From: Mobula hypostoma
Taxonomy: Eukaryota
Direction of reading: 5' to 3'
NCBI RefSeq assembly: GCF_963921235.1
Contig: NC_086108.1
Span: 13,826,001-13,890,000 of the forward strand
DNA: 64,000 bases
Both the position numbers and the translations under genes were made by a program. Below, piece by piece: positions 37,691-51,172 of this stretch (its first letter is position 1; every line of letters begins with the position of its first letter). Under the pieces are notes generated by a model. The model saw only the letters and a program-made list of their open reading frames with translations. It was not told where the DNA came from and made no database searches.

Positions 37691-39854
37691 ATTAACTATT
37701 CCTTTCCATGGATGCTGTCTTACCCACTGAGTTTTACTGCCATTTTCTGTGACTCTGCCAGTACTATCATCATTTTCCAGTCATCCTGTTATTACAGAGC
37801 AGTACAGCTCAGCAACTGGCCTTTCAGCCCACAACTTCAGTGTCGATTATGATGCCAATCTGAGACGGGCATCTGTCTGTACACAGACTGTGTCCCTCTG
37901 TTCCTTGCCAGTTCAGGTGTCTGTCTAAATGCCTCTTACTGTACCTGCTTCCAGACAGCATACTGTCTCCTGACAGCATATTCCAAGCACCAACTGCCCT
38001 AAAAAAAACAGCTCACACACCTCTTTTAAACTTTCTTCCTCCCCGCTTTAACCTATACCCACTCGAACTTGTTATTCCCCATCTGGGGAAAAGACTGACT
38101 ATTGACCTTCGCAATTCTGTGAAGCCTCTCCTCAGCTGCGGACAGTCCAGATAAAACAACCAAAGTTGTCCAACCTGTTATACAGCATGCAGGCAGGCTC
38201 TTTGACCCAATTCATCTATGCCGAGACTCCTGTCGAAGCTTGTCCCATTTACCTGTGTTTGGCCCATACCGCTCTAACCCTTTCCTAATCACATCCCTAT
38301 CCAAGTACCTTGTTAATGTTTTTAATTCACTGTCTTTCTCGCTAATACTCTCAAATCCAGGCAACATCCGGTAAAACTCTTTTGTACCCTTTCCAAAGTC
38401 TCCACATTCCTCCTATTAAGAGTTGTGCACAGTACTCTAAATGTGGCCTCCCCAAAGTTTTATACAGTTGCAACTTTTATACTTAACACAGTGACCAATG
38501 AAGTAGCTGAAAAGTTCTGGTAAGATGGTGGCACGTGCGAATGAAGCAGCCTCTCAGGGGCCAACCAAAGGTACTATTTTCTTTGTAAAATTTGTTTTTT
38601 TATGATCGAAAGACAGTTCTACTCCAAGAACATTGCGCACTGCAGGGCTACACCATCAGTCAGCTGCTCATTGATCAGAGTAGCCAGACTGGTGTCAGCG
38701 GCAGAGCCCACTGAGGTGTTGAAAAGGTTGGCCGAGATGTCAAAAGGTCAGCCAAGGTGTCGGGAGCCTGCCGGGATGTCAGAGGACCCAGTTTGGGTGC
38801 GGAGGAGCAGATCTGGCTGCAGACCATGTTGATGCCCGCTACTCGGAATTATTGGATTTGGTGCAGATTACCTTGAGGGACCTTATCAAGTGCTTAATGA
38901 GGATGTTGCCAGGGCTCATGTGCCTGAGTTAAGGTGAAAGATTGGGTAAGCTAGTATTTCATTCCTTGGAACAAAGGAGACAGGAGAGATCTTACAGAGG
39001 TGTCTAAAATCATGAGAGTGCATGTATATGGTCCCTTTCCCAGAGAATGGGGAACTAAAAACTAGGCGAGAGAGGAAAGATTGAAAAGGAACCCGAGGGG
39101 CAACTTCTTCAGTTGGAGCATATATGGAATGAGCTGCCAGAAAACGTGTATATGCAGGTGTAACAACAACATTTAAAAGACATTTGGATAAGTATTTTGT
39201 TAGGAAGGGTTGAGAGGGATATGGGTTAAGGATGGGACTAACTTGGTAGGCATGGATGACCTGGGCTCAAGGACCTGCTTCTGTGCTGTACTGTACGTCT
39301 GTCTGCCTTCGATATGCGAGGGGATACTGGAGTACCTGGAGAAACTCCATGGAGACCATGCAAACTCCACACTCTGACAGGACTGAGGTCAAGACTGAAC
39401 CTGGGCCACTGGAGCAGGGAGGCATCAGCACTACCTGCTGCACCATGTGCTCAGGAATTGATGACATTTTGGAAGATGGCATCCTAAAGCAATCATTACC
39501 TCCAGGACTAATCTCAACAACTTCTTGCTGCATACTCTGCCTTCCCTGTGTTTCACTAAGTGTAACAGCAAGATAATCCCTGCATCTTTGAAGTGGCATA
39601 AAGAGCTCCAGGAAGTGCTGTCAACCAACAATTGACACGACACTGCTCTACTAGGTCAAGGAGGAATGTGAAAATGAGGATTAGAATTTTACAACTGTGG
39701 AGGTATTTCACCAGGGGTCAGTGAATGAAACTTGCAACGCTGCGGACATAGGGTTTATTGGAGAGCGTGGGTGACTGAAAAAGTTGGAACAATCAAGTCT
39801 GGATCTTACAGAGAGTTTGTGGGTTAATTGTCCTGGAGTTGAATTGGTTCATTA

Positions 39855-40260
39855 GGTGCAGTCCCAGCATTGTCCACCAGAGGACACTACTGCTTCATCT
39901 CTGTGTGGCTCATCATCCGTTCATCGGTGCATTCAGCGTCACCGTGGCCTTTTGCTCACTAACAGGATTTATAAAGCAAATGATTAATTATGTGCTCGCG
40001 CTCAGTTTTACACAGGCAGTTCCCTTGCCCCCACTGCCCACCTCAGCTCCAATGAGAGGGGATCTCCAGCACACACAGCTCTTCAGTCTCCATTCCAGAG
40101 CAAGGTAAGCTGACCTCGGAGCCCAGGATGCTCCTGACACTCACTGACAAGAAGATGGGCCTCACACTCAATGTCCACGAGCAAGGACCTGTATCAACCG
40201 CCCCACTCCAACACACTGCCTTAACCATAAATACTCCTGGTGAGACCCCAAAAATATGTA
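39855..40260 (+). mobile_element. Very old RTE-type LINE remnant
   Basis: KMGLTLNVH..LYQP and LFSL..SR remnants resemble the RTE RT segments GLTLNIRKTKVLYQP and KLFNLRRL. Confidence 0.45.
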
Positions 40261-41355
40261 CCAAAGTTGAGTTTATTGTTAAAAGCACATGTACATGAAT
40301 GCAGGGATGCAACAATTAAAATACTTGCAGGATAGAGCAACATTTAAGCAGAATTCACAAGAAAAACATTAAAATAAATTATATCCAATTTCACAAGGAA
40401 GAACACAGTGAAAAAATGTCATTTTACCACAAAGTCACCAAGGTGCCTGTAAGCAGACAAATCTCAAGGTTGTATAATTTATACATTATTTGATAATAAA
40501 TATACTTTGAATCTTTGAAGGTGGTTGTAGTGCTGCAAAACTGTAGAGATTAAGATTTTGAAGGTTGGTTCAAGAACCAAGTAGCTGTAGGTTTTGCTAA
40601 ACCTGATGGTGCAGGACTTCAGCCTCTGAATCACGTGCCTGATGGTAGTTGTAAGGGATAGTGAGAACTGCTGAAAACATCATCATGGTTTCCCTCATTC
40701 TCCCACTCCCATTCAGAAGTGCCACATAGGCAGAGCCTCCTCTCCCATCCTTCCAACAACCTCTTTGACCTCCCGCCATCCAGAAGAAAATATCACAGAA
40801 CTGTCAAGCAGAGTAACATCTTTCTACCCCAGGCTGTTAGACCTCTTAATAAAGCAGCCACTTCTCAAGAGAGTACCTGGTGAAGTGGTCTATGGTTTGT
40901 ACCTTGGCCCCAGAGGAACGATGTTTCGTCTAGCCGTATAAATGTGCATGGCTGAATGACAATAAAACTTGAATTTGAAGGAACTGGACCAGGGGGCATA
41001 ATAGAAAGTTGGGATCCCACAGGCCCAGAGCCTTAATCAGTTGCAGTCATTATGGAATGGTTGGTGACTCCAGTTTCAATGAAAGCAGGGACCAGTGGCA
41101 GTGAAACAGGAGAGGTCTGTCACTGCATGCTTCGCGGATCGGTATTGGGTCGCTGCCCAGAGGGTGGGGGCCACTGCACCACCCTAACTCCGACGACTCA
41201 GTCTAACACACCATCATCAGTGTGCTCGGCAAGCTGTCTTCCCGATTCCCGTAAGTGATACTACACTGAACATACACTATTTCTACTTTATATAGGCTGT
41301 GTATTTTTACGTGTTATTTGGTATGATTTGGCAGCTTCATAGCTTAAAGGTTACT

Positions 41356-41731
41356 GCCATGATGAGGCTAAACTCAGGTTGGAGGAGCAACACCTCATAT
41401 ACTGTCTGGGTAGTCTCCAGCCCCTTGGTATGAACATTGAATTCTCCAATTTCCGGTAATTCCCTCCCCCTCCCTTCCCCCTTCCCAGTTTCACTCTGCC
41501 CCCTCCCCCAGCTGCTAATCACCTCCCTCATGGTTCCGCCTCCTTCTACTACCCATTGTGTTTTCCCCTATTCCTTCTTCACTTTTCCTGCCTATCCCCT
41601 CCCTGCTTCCCCTCCCCCACCCCTTTATCTTTCCCCTTACTGGTTTTTCACCTGGTACCTACCAGCCTTCTCCTTCCCACCCTCCCTCCACCTTCTTTAT
41701 AGGGCCTCTGCCCCCTCCCCCTTCAGTCCTG
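41356..41731 (+). mobile_element. Penelope-like 3' fragment, truncated at the start of the hammerhead
   Basis: HDEAKLRLEEQHLIYCLG..; pLTR ends at CAGTCCTG. Confidence 0.88.
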
Positions 41732-41900
41732 CACTTCTGGTCACTGAATTGCAGAACTTAACAAAGTGGCCAAACCAAAGTTTTATGCTGGTGCAACACG
41801 ACTTCCCAAATTTACTTCTCAATGGTCTGATGATGCTGCATGTCTTATGATAGTCATGGGGAATTTAAATAAGCAGGTGGATTGGGAAAATCAGGTTGGT

Positions 41901-42139
41901 GCTGAGGGAACGTGTTGCGTCCTTGAGCAAAGCACTTGATCACTTAATCACACATTGCTCTGCAACGACACTGGTGCCAAGCTGTATGGGTCCTAATGCC
42001 CTTCCCTTGGCAACATTGGTGTCGTGGAGAGGGGAGTCTTGCAGCATGGGCAGCTGCTGGTCTTCCATACAACCTTGCCGAGGCCTGTGCCCTGGAGAGT
42101 GAAGACTTTCCAGGCGCAGATCCATGGTCTCACAAGACT
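41901..42139 (+). mobile_element. SINE-like insert with two hairpins
   Basis: GTCCTTGAGCAAAGCACTT SINE-type motif; interrupts CR1 sequence. Confidence 0.55.
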
Positions 42140-43180
42140 TTATCTGCCTTTATCACAGGAGAGACACCAGCATGGATAGCAGGAGGCAGAGTGGGAATAA
42201 AGAGGGCCTTTTCTCCTTGGGTGCTGGTGATGTGGCATTCCGCAGGGGTCAGTATAGGGACCACTTCTTTGCCATTATATGGCAATGATTTGGATGATGG
42301 AATTGCTGATGATACAAGGATAGGTGGAGGGGCAGGTAGGGAGTCTGCAGAGAAACATAGACAGATTGGGAAAATGGGCAAAGAAGTGGCAGATGTGGCA
42401 GAGTATAGTGAAGGGAAGTGTACGGACATGCACTTTGGCAGAAGAAATAAGGGCACAGAGAAAATACAAAAAAAACTGAGGTGTAAAGGGACTTGGAAGC
42501 CCTTGTGCAGGATCCCTAAAGGTTAACTTGTAGGTTGAGTCAGTGGTAAGGAAGGCAAATGCAATGCTAGCATTCATTTCACAAGGACTGGAATACAAGA
42601 GCAAGGGTTTAATACTGAGGCTTTATAAGGTACTGGTCAGACCACACTTAGGGTATTGTGAGCAGTTTTGGGCCCCTTACCTAACAAGGGATGTGTTGAC
42701 ATTGGAGAGGTCCAGAGGAGGTTGGCGAGAATGATTCCGGCAATGAAAGGATTCGTGTATGAGGAGCATTTGATGGCTCTGGACCTGTACTCACTGAAGT
42801 TTAGAAAAATGAGGGGAGGATCTCATCGAAACCTATCGAATATTGAAAGGCCCAGATAGCGTGGATGTGGAGAGGATGTTTCCTATAGTGGGGGAGTCTA
42901 GAACCGGAGAGCACAGCCTTAGAATGCAGGGACATCCATTTAGAACAGGAATTTCTTTACCAGAGAATGGTGAATCTATGGAATTCATTGCCATGGACCG
43001 CTGTGGAGGCCAATTTATTGAGTATACTTAAAGCAGAGATTGATTAGTCAGAGTGCCAAAGGTTACGGGGAGAGGACAGGAGAATGGTGTTGAGAGGGAT
43101 AGTAAATCATCCAAGATGGAATTGCAGACCAAACTCAATGGGCTGAATGTCCTTATTCTGCTCCTATGTCTTTTGGTCTT
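42140..43180 (+). mobile_element. CR1 RT 3' fragment
   Basis: LVRPHLGYCEQFWAP; tail to ~43180. Confidence 0.85.
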
Positions 43181-43234
43181 ACAGACCTGATTATCGACCT
43201 CTAGCTAGACTAACCCCCACCACAACACTGTCTA

Positions 43235-44304
43235 CAAATTGTACAAATGGTATAAAAAACAAGTGAAAAATACAGAATATAAACATCGAGCCACAAGTCA
43301 TCAGAAAGAGTGCAGGAATATTCAGCTCAGCTCAATTCCGTTTAATCACTTGCTGACCACAGGCCACAGAGCCAGTCTGCCCCGATCAAAATCACACAAA
43401 ATAGCAATAAAAAAGGAGCACCCAGAAACCAGAAACACATCATAATGTGAACTAAACGTTCACTCCACAAACTACATCGATTAACTCCTGACTAAGACTC
43501 TGGCACCATCGAGAGAATGGGAGAGAGAGAGAGACTGGTCAAACACACGTACCTTCCTCTGGGAACAGCGAGTGAGAAGGAGAGAGAGAGAGACTGGTCA
43601 AACACACGTACCTTCCTCCGGGAACAGCGAGTGAGGAGAGAGAGAGAGAGACTGGTCAAACACACGTACCTTCCTCCAGGAACAGCGAGTGAGAAGGAGA
43701 GAGAGAGAGACTGGTCAAACACACGTACCTTCCTCCGGGAACAGCGAGTGAGGAGAGAGAGAGAGAGAGAGACTGGTCAAACACACGTACCTTCCTCCGG
43801 GAACAGCGAGTGAGGAGAGAGAGAGAGAGACTGGTCAAACACACGTACCTTCCTCCAGGAACAGCGAGTGAGAAGGAGAGAGAGAGAGACTGGTCAAACA
43901 CACGTACCTTCCTCTGGGAACAGCGAGTGAGGAGAGAGAGAGACTGGTTACACACAAGTAGATGGTGCTGAACACCTGCTTGCCTTCCACTCTCATCCTT
44001 GTTAATTCCTCAACACTTTAGTCAGCGAGATTTGTGAGAAACGGTGTCTATCATAGGCTCCAGGGTCTTTGGCCTCAGACTGGACACTTCACACAAAACC
44101 TCATTGAACTCCCTCACAGACAGCAAAGCACCAGATCACTCAATCGCCCCAAAAACACACCATCAAGCTGTAAATCACAGGTTCCAACAGTAGCAGAATC
44201 ATATTTAAATGAAGAAGAAGGAGTAAAAGAAGTGAAAGAAGTGGTTTTGTGAACAGTCTGAAGGATGTCACCTTTGGTCGCATTGTTTGCTGGCCATATC
44301 TTCC
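43235..44304 (-). mobile_element. Non-coding interspersed element carrying a minisatellite
   Basis: 5' ~150 bp also present at 14406-14560 (+); Rex1-like AT-rich 3' end. Confidence 0.55.
43520..43955. repeat. ~58-62 bp minisatellite, 7 copies + partial
   Basis: Unit (GA)n-CTGGTCAAACACACGTACCTTCCTCCGGGAACAGCGAGTGAG(A)AG. Confidence 0.95.
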
Positions 44305-45562
44305 ACAAATGCTTTAGCAAAGTCATGTAAACATCGACTGCTCTACTATCATCAACTGCCTTTACCGCCATCTGAAAAATTCAGATCCAATTTATAAAAC
44401 AGAACCTTCTCCACACAAAACCATGCTGACTGACCCTAATAGGTTCATGCTTTCCACATATGAGTAAATCCTGTAGCTAAGAATCATCTCCGGTAATTCC
44501 CTACCACTGAAGTAATAGATCTGTAACTTCCCCAACTATCCCTATTTAGCTTCTTAAATAAAGTAACAACATCAGCTACTCTCCAGTCCTCCAGGACCTC
44601 ACCTGTGGCTAGAGAAGGTGCAAAGACCTTTGTCAAAGCCCCTTTTAACCTCTTCTCTTGCCCCTCTCAATAACCTGGGAATAGATCCCATCAGGTCTTG
44701 GTGACTTATCCATCTAAACATTCTTCAAGAGGCACTTGGCTTTACAAAGTTGTATCATAGTCGCCCTGCCGTGGTTGGTAACAACTAATCCAAATGCCTG
44801 CTTACCGAGCTTGTCCAGGGGTGATGCCCCCCTCAGAGATCCTTGGACCCCCCCCCCCGCATCTTTGTATACTCTAGATCTGTACTATTCTCTCCATTAT
44901 TAGATAATCATCTCTCCACATTACATTGCATCAGCCAAGACTCCACTGTTCACTCATTCCCATTAAATTGTAGCCAGACACAGTGTGGAAATACACCATT
45001 GGCTGACCCTGTCCACACCAGCCACAAAGCATCAACTTCTCCCAGGTTCTTAGCAACTCACCCCAGACTCTACCACCCGTCTGACACTACAAGCAATAGA
45101 AAGCAGCCAATTAACCTGCCATCCTGGATATGTGGGAGGAAAGACCAAGGGTAAACCCATGTATTCACAGGGAGAGCTCCACACAGACAGTTCCCGAAAA
45201 CAGGACTGAATCCCCAGCTTTGCAGCTGTGGGGCAGTGGCTTTACAAACTGTGCCACTCAGACTCCTCACTTTAAAGTTTATTATCAGAGTACACGCATG
45301 TCACCACTAACAGCCCTCAGCTTCTTTTTCTGCAAATCTATAGAACAGTAACTGTAAACATCAGGAACTGTAAACTGTTAACAGACGTACAAATACAGAT
45401 ATAAATAAATAGCAATAAATAACAAGCATGAGAAAACAATATAACAGAGTCCATAAATGAGTGTAGCTATCCCCATTTGTTCAAGAGTCTGATGGCGGGA
45501 GGTAGTAACTGTGGTTCAACATCTGCAACCAATTAATTAATGCAGATAACAAACAGCAAGGA

Positions 45563-46409
45563 TCCCACAGTGTGATCCCCCCTCGTTACAGCCCCACCCA
45601 CAGTGCGACCACCTTCATTACAGCCCCACTCATGGTGCAACCACCCCTCGTTACAGCCCCACCCACAGTGCAACTCCCTTTATTACAGCCCCACCCACAG
45701 TGCAACCACCCCTCGTTACAGCCCCACCCACAGTGCAACTCCCTTTATTACAGCCCCACCCACAGTGCAACCACCCCTCGTTACAGCCCCACCCACAGTG
45801 CGACCACCTTCATTACAGCCCCATGCACAGTGCGATTCCCCCCTTGTTACAGCCCCACCTACAGTGCGACCCCCTTCATTACAGCCCCACCCATGGTGTG
45901 CCACCCCCTCATTACAGCCCCCCCCCACAGTGCGACCCCCTTCGTTACAGCCCCACCTATGGTGCGACACCCCCTCGTTACAGCCCCACCCACAGTGCAA
46001 CCCCCTTTATTACAGCCCCACCCACAGTGCGACCCCCTTCGTTACAGCCCCACACATGGTGTGACACCCCCTCATTACAGCCCCACCCACAGTGCAACCC
46101 CCTTTATTACAGCCCCACCCACAGTACGACCCCCTTCGTTACAGCCCCACCCACGGTGTGACACCCCCTCGTTACAGCCCCACCCACAGTGCGACCCCCC
46201 TCATTACAGCCCCACCCACGGTGCGGCACCCCCTCATTACAGCCCCACCCACAGTGCAACCCCTCTCGTTACAGCCCCACCCGCAGTGTGGACCCCCTCG
46301 TTACAGCCCCACTCACGGTGCAAACCCCCCTCGTTACAGCCCCACCCACAGTGCGACCATCCATCATTACAGCCTCACTCACGGTGTGACACTCCAACAC
46401 TACCAGCCC
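45563..46409. repeat. 32-33 bp C-rich minisatellite, ~26 copies
   Basis: Unit TTACAGCCCCACCCACAGTGCRACCCCCYTCR. Confidence 0.95.
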
Positions 46410-49092
46410 TTATTTTTTGCAAAACTATAAAAGTTTATTTACACAACAAATACATGAAATGCAAACAGTAAGTATTTACAGGATAGCTAATAAATTTAAA
46501 TTAAAATATGATTAGAACTGTTTACAAAACAGTCAGTTCCCTGGAAGGCCCCCTGCTCCTGGAAATTCCCCACTCTACCCGTTGTGACCGCGTGCTTCCT
46601 CTCCAAGGACAGCCGAGCATGAACATATCCTTGGAAAAGGGGCAGGCAGTCGGCCCGGGCAGTACCCTCCACTCTCTGCCACCTAGACCCGTGAATGTCC
46701 ATCTTGGCCAGGCCCAGGAGCAAAACCCACCAGGAGATCCTCCTTGCGACCCGCACCCTTCCATACTGGGTGTCCGTATATGAGGAGCAGGGAGCTAAAG
46801 TGCGGCCAGAAGCTGAGCAGCAGCCCCTTGAGAAACTCAAAACAGGAGCTGCGACCTCTCACATTCCGTGTAAGCACGGTACACTGACTCCTCCCGGCCA
46901 CAGAATGGACAGGTGGACGGGGTGTCAGTGAACCTGCTCAAAAACCTGTTGTATGGTACAGGGGAAGGACCCCTGCATAAAGAGATTTCCGCTGGGAACC
47001 TCCTCTGCTGCCAGATGGTAAAACAGGCCGCTAAGGTGAGTCCTGTCGGGAGACGAAGGTGAGGAAGTGAAAGGTGTGCAGGAGCAGCCTGTACAAGAAA
47101 CACTTCGGAGCGTCATGGAATGACACGGTGGGCATCCCCGCGAGATGGCTCACGTTGTGCAAGACCTTCTCCTGCATGGTCTCCCAGGGCCTGGGGCCAA
47201 CGAGCACATCGGGTGGTGATGCAAAAATGGAATCCCTCCACCTCCCCGAGCCCCCCTGACACCCACCGTGACAGGATTGGGACCACTCCCCCAGCAGCCA
47301 GAGCACGGCCCCCCAATGGCACAGGAGCACCCTGTTTGGATGAGACTGGAACCCACACCCTCCGCAGCTCTCACTAAAAGCGAGGCAGTTACTCAAAGCA
47401 GTGCAGCTGAGAATGTCCGATGGAATCCGCGTGCCCTCCTGCAGGCAGAGTACCCCGTGGAGACAGTGCGTCGCCAGCCCATGCCATCTTGGAGGGTGGT
47501 CACTGTACAGGTATCTTTGCAGGGTCCCGAGGTGGAGAGCCACCAGCTGGGTGCACACACACACCAAGGACTGACTACCTCCCGCGATCGGAAGACTCAG
47601 GACCACTGCAGAGACCCAAGGCCTCCTGTTGCTCCAGGAGAGTCCACCAGCCTTTTCTGAGTCCTGGAGACAAAAGTAGTGGGTGGGACGAAGGTAATCA
47701 GCCAGTACCACACTATGGAGGTGACCAGCTGATTTATAACTAATGCCCTCCTCCAGTACGAGATCACACGAAGGAGGCCTGACTAGCACCCCAGCCGGGC
47801 CGAGATCTTTGTCTTCAAGTCCTGTCAGTTCACTGGCCAGGCCTCCTCCGTCGAGCTCAGGTAGACCCCCAAGTAGAGGAGGTGTGTGGTGCTCCACGCA
47901 AATGGCCTCAACCCCTCCGGTAGGGGTCCACCTGCCACTGACCCACCAAGTGGCCTGCACTCTTCTCCCAGTTGACCCTTGCAGAGGACGCAGCCGAGAA
48001 GACTTGCTGGCAGTCTCGCATCCTCTGCAGGTTAACCGGGTCAGTGACAATGTCATTGGCATAAGCTGACCTCCAAGTCTGGTTCGCGCAGAAACAAACC
48101 CATTAACCTCTTGTGGAGAAGGGGCAGGAATGGCTCCACGCAACTGAGTACAACTGCCCTGACATGGGGCACCCTGACGTTCCTCCCCTCTCCCAAAGCA
48201 CGAGGGTGGTGTCAAGGACCCACTGACCTTAACAAGGCACTCCGCTGCGGTGTACAGCAGTTGGACACTGTGTGCCCCAACCCCGAATCCTCGCAAAGTC
48301 CCAAAAAGGTACTCCTGGTCCACCCTGTCAGACGCCTTCACTTGGTCAGGGGAGAGAAAGGTAACTAACAGACCAGCTTCTCGGCACAGGTAAATCCGAC
48401 ACTGGATGAGGTGGATATTGTCCACTTGAGTCAGCACGGAGCCCAGATGACTGGCCAATCCCTAGGCAAAGATCTTATACTCTGCGCTGAGAAGAGATAC
48501 TAGGCACACTATTCCTTGGACAATGGAGATCTCCTTCTTTGGCAGCTTCGCTACAACTGCTCTGCACCAAGAGGCATCTCACCAGTTGCCGTGCTTCCCC
48601 CAATCCCCTTGCATAATCAGCCCCGATGATGTCCTTGAAGGGCCGGAGAAATTCAACGGTCAGCCCATCTCGCCGCGGGGATTTGCCTCTCTGCAGCTGG
48701 TTGAGGACACCGGTCAGCTCTATCAAAGATAGCGGGGCGTCTAGACGCTCAGAACCCCCAGGGCTGACCCTTGGCAAGTCCCCCCACAGAGCCCTGCGTG
48801 CATCCTCACTGCACGGTCCAGTGAGAATAGAGCCTTATAAACGGAACAGACTACAACAATAATTGTCCCTGGATTTGTGACATAGAGGAGCCATCCTCTG
48901 CCAGTAACTCCACGAGCTGCCTGCGGACACACCTGCCCGTCTCGAGAGATCCTAAACTCACATTAGCGCCTCAGGACCTCTTAAGCTCCAGGTGCCTCAG
49001 TGCCTCCTTTTCCCTCTGGTACTCATCCCATAGGGGCTGGTCGGCCCTAGCTGGGACTCCAAGTCGATCAGCTCCAGAAGGAGTTGATTGAT

Positions 49093-50007
49093 AGAAACAT
49101 AGAAACATAGAAAATAGGTGCAGGAGTAGGCCATTCGGCCCTTCGAGCCTGCACCGCCATTTATTATGATCATGGCTGATCATCCAACTCAGAACCCAGC
49201 CTTCCCTCCATACCCCCTGACCCCCGTAGCCACAAGGGCCATATCTAACTTCCTTTTAAACATAGCTAATGAACTGGCCTCAACAGTTTGCTGTGGCAGA
49301 GAATTCCACAGATTCACCACTCTCTGTGTGAAGAAGTTTTTCCTAACCTCGGTCCTAAAAGGCTTCCCCTCTATCCTCAAACTGTGACCCCTCGTTCTAG
49401 ACCTCCCCAACATCGGGAACAATCTTCCCGCATCTAGCCTGTCCAATCCCTTTAGGATCTTATACGTTTCAATCAGATCCCCCCTCAATCTTCTAAATTC
49501 CAACGAGTACAAGCCCAGTTCATCCAGTCTTTCTTCATATGAAAGACCTGCCATCCCAGGAATCAATCTGGTGAACCTTCTTTGTACTCCCTCTATGGCA
49601 AAGATGTCTTTCCTCAGATTAGGGGACCAAAACTGCACACAATACTCCAGGTGTGGTCTCACCAAGGCCTTGTACAACTGCAGTAGTACCTCCCTGCTCC
49701 TGTACTCGAATCCTCTCGCTATAAATGCCAGCATACCGTTCGCCTTTTTCACCGCCTGCTGTACCTGCATGCCCACTTTCAATGACTGGTGTATAATGAC
49801 ACCCAGGTCTCGTTGCACCTCCCCTTTTCCTAATCGGCCACCATTCAGATAATAATCTGTTTTCCTATTTTTGCCACCAAAGTGGATAACTTCACATTTA
49901 TCCACATTAAATTGCATCTGCCATGAGTTTGCCCACTCACCCAACCTATCCAAGTCACCCTGCATCCTCTTAGCATCCTCCTCACTGCTAACACTGCCAC
50001 CCAGTCC
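49093..50007 (-). mobile_element. Young 5'-truncated CR1 with open RT C-terminus
   Basis: Uninterrupted frame 49189-50007 ([33 protein letters not shown]); (TTTCTATG)n tail; TSD ATTGAT at 49087-49092 and 50008-50013. Confidence 0.93.
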
Positions 50008-51172
50008 ATTGATCTTGGACATCCACCGCTTGTTTGACCCCTGCGCGTGTTCCTGGCAGAACAGTGGGATGTAAGCCTTGCTCACATCTCACCAGATTCT
50101 CAGAGAGGGGAAATTCCCCCACTCCTCCTGCCAGGACTCCCAGGACAGCCGGAACGAGTCCCGAAACCGGCCGTCCCCCAGCAGCCAGTTGTTGAAATGC
50201 CAGTACGCAGATCCTACTCGTGCGGGCAGCGCATTCAGCTCCACCCGCACCCGGCGGTGGTCCGAGAACGTAAACCGGCCACACGGAGGCAGCCAACACC
50301 CGCGATGCGTGCACCCAGGAGGTGTAGAGTTGGTCGATCCGCGAGTCCCCAGCCCCTCTGTACCTCCTCGAGAAAGCACAGAGGTCAGGGTGAAGTCTCT
50401 GCCAGACATCGACCAAGTCCGAGGATATGACCAACTCCCATAACTTCCTTACTGATGCTCAGCTACTCTGGGAACCAGTGTGATCCCTCTCCTTGAGGGC
50501 GCAATTGAAATCACTCCCAGGATAATGCACTCACTACGATCTATGGACCCCAGCAGCGCGGACACCTTTCGGAACAGGCACGGCTGCATCAGGCCAGGTT
50601 CAGGGGCGTACTCATTTACAAAGTGCATTGTCACGCCATCCTGATGCACAGTGAGGTGAAACAGACAGTCTGGCATGAGATCCCAAACCTGCAATATCTC
50701 AGGCTGGAAAAAAGGGCCAACAAGATGGCCACCCTGCTGGAAGTAGAGCTGTCGGCTCACGTAGACCCCTCCCCACCATTCCAGGAGCCAGGTGGATTCG
50801 TCTCCTGGAATAGGGTGGACTTCCTGCAGGAATCTCACCGCACATCACAACACGCTGGAGGAACTCAGCAGGTCGGGCAGCATCTGTGGAAACGATGAGT
50901 CGATGTTTTGGGCCGGAACCCTTCGTCAGGACTGAAGAAGGAAGGGGCAGAGGCCCTATAAAGAAGGTGGGGGAGGGATGGAAGGAGAAGGCTGGTAGGT
51001 TCAGTTGAAAAACCAGTAATTTGAAACACAAAGGGGTGAGGGAGGGGAAGCAGGGAGGTGATAGGTAGGAAAACAATGGGTAGTAGAAGGAGGCGGAACC
51101 ATAAGGGAGGTGATAGGCAGCTGGGGGAGGGGGTAGAGTGAAATAGGGATAGAGGAAGAGAGGGGGAGGGAA

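Noticed and set aside
40016..40104. Exon-like segment with acceptor and AAG/GTAAGC donor (AVPLPP..HSRA)
   Set aside because: Lies within what appears to be an RTE remnant; no recognisable protein; exonisation cannot be excluded without RNA data
43520..43955. CRISPR-like regular repeats and overlapping ORFs
   Set aside because: No unique spacers, only variable (GA)n; eukaryotic context and no cas genes
45572..46471. 299-aa Pro/Thr-rich ORF
   Set aside because: Translation of the minisatellite
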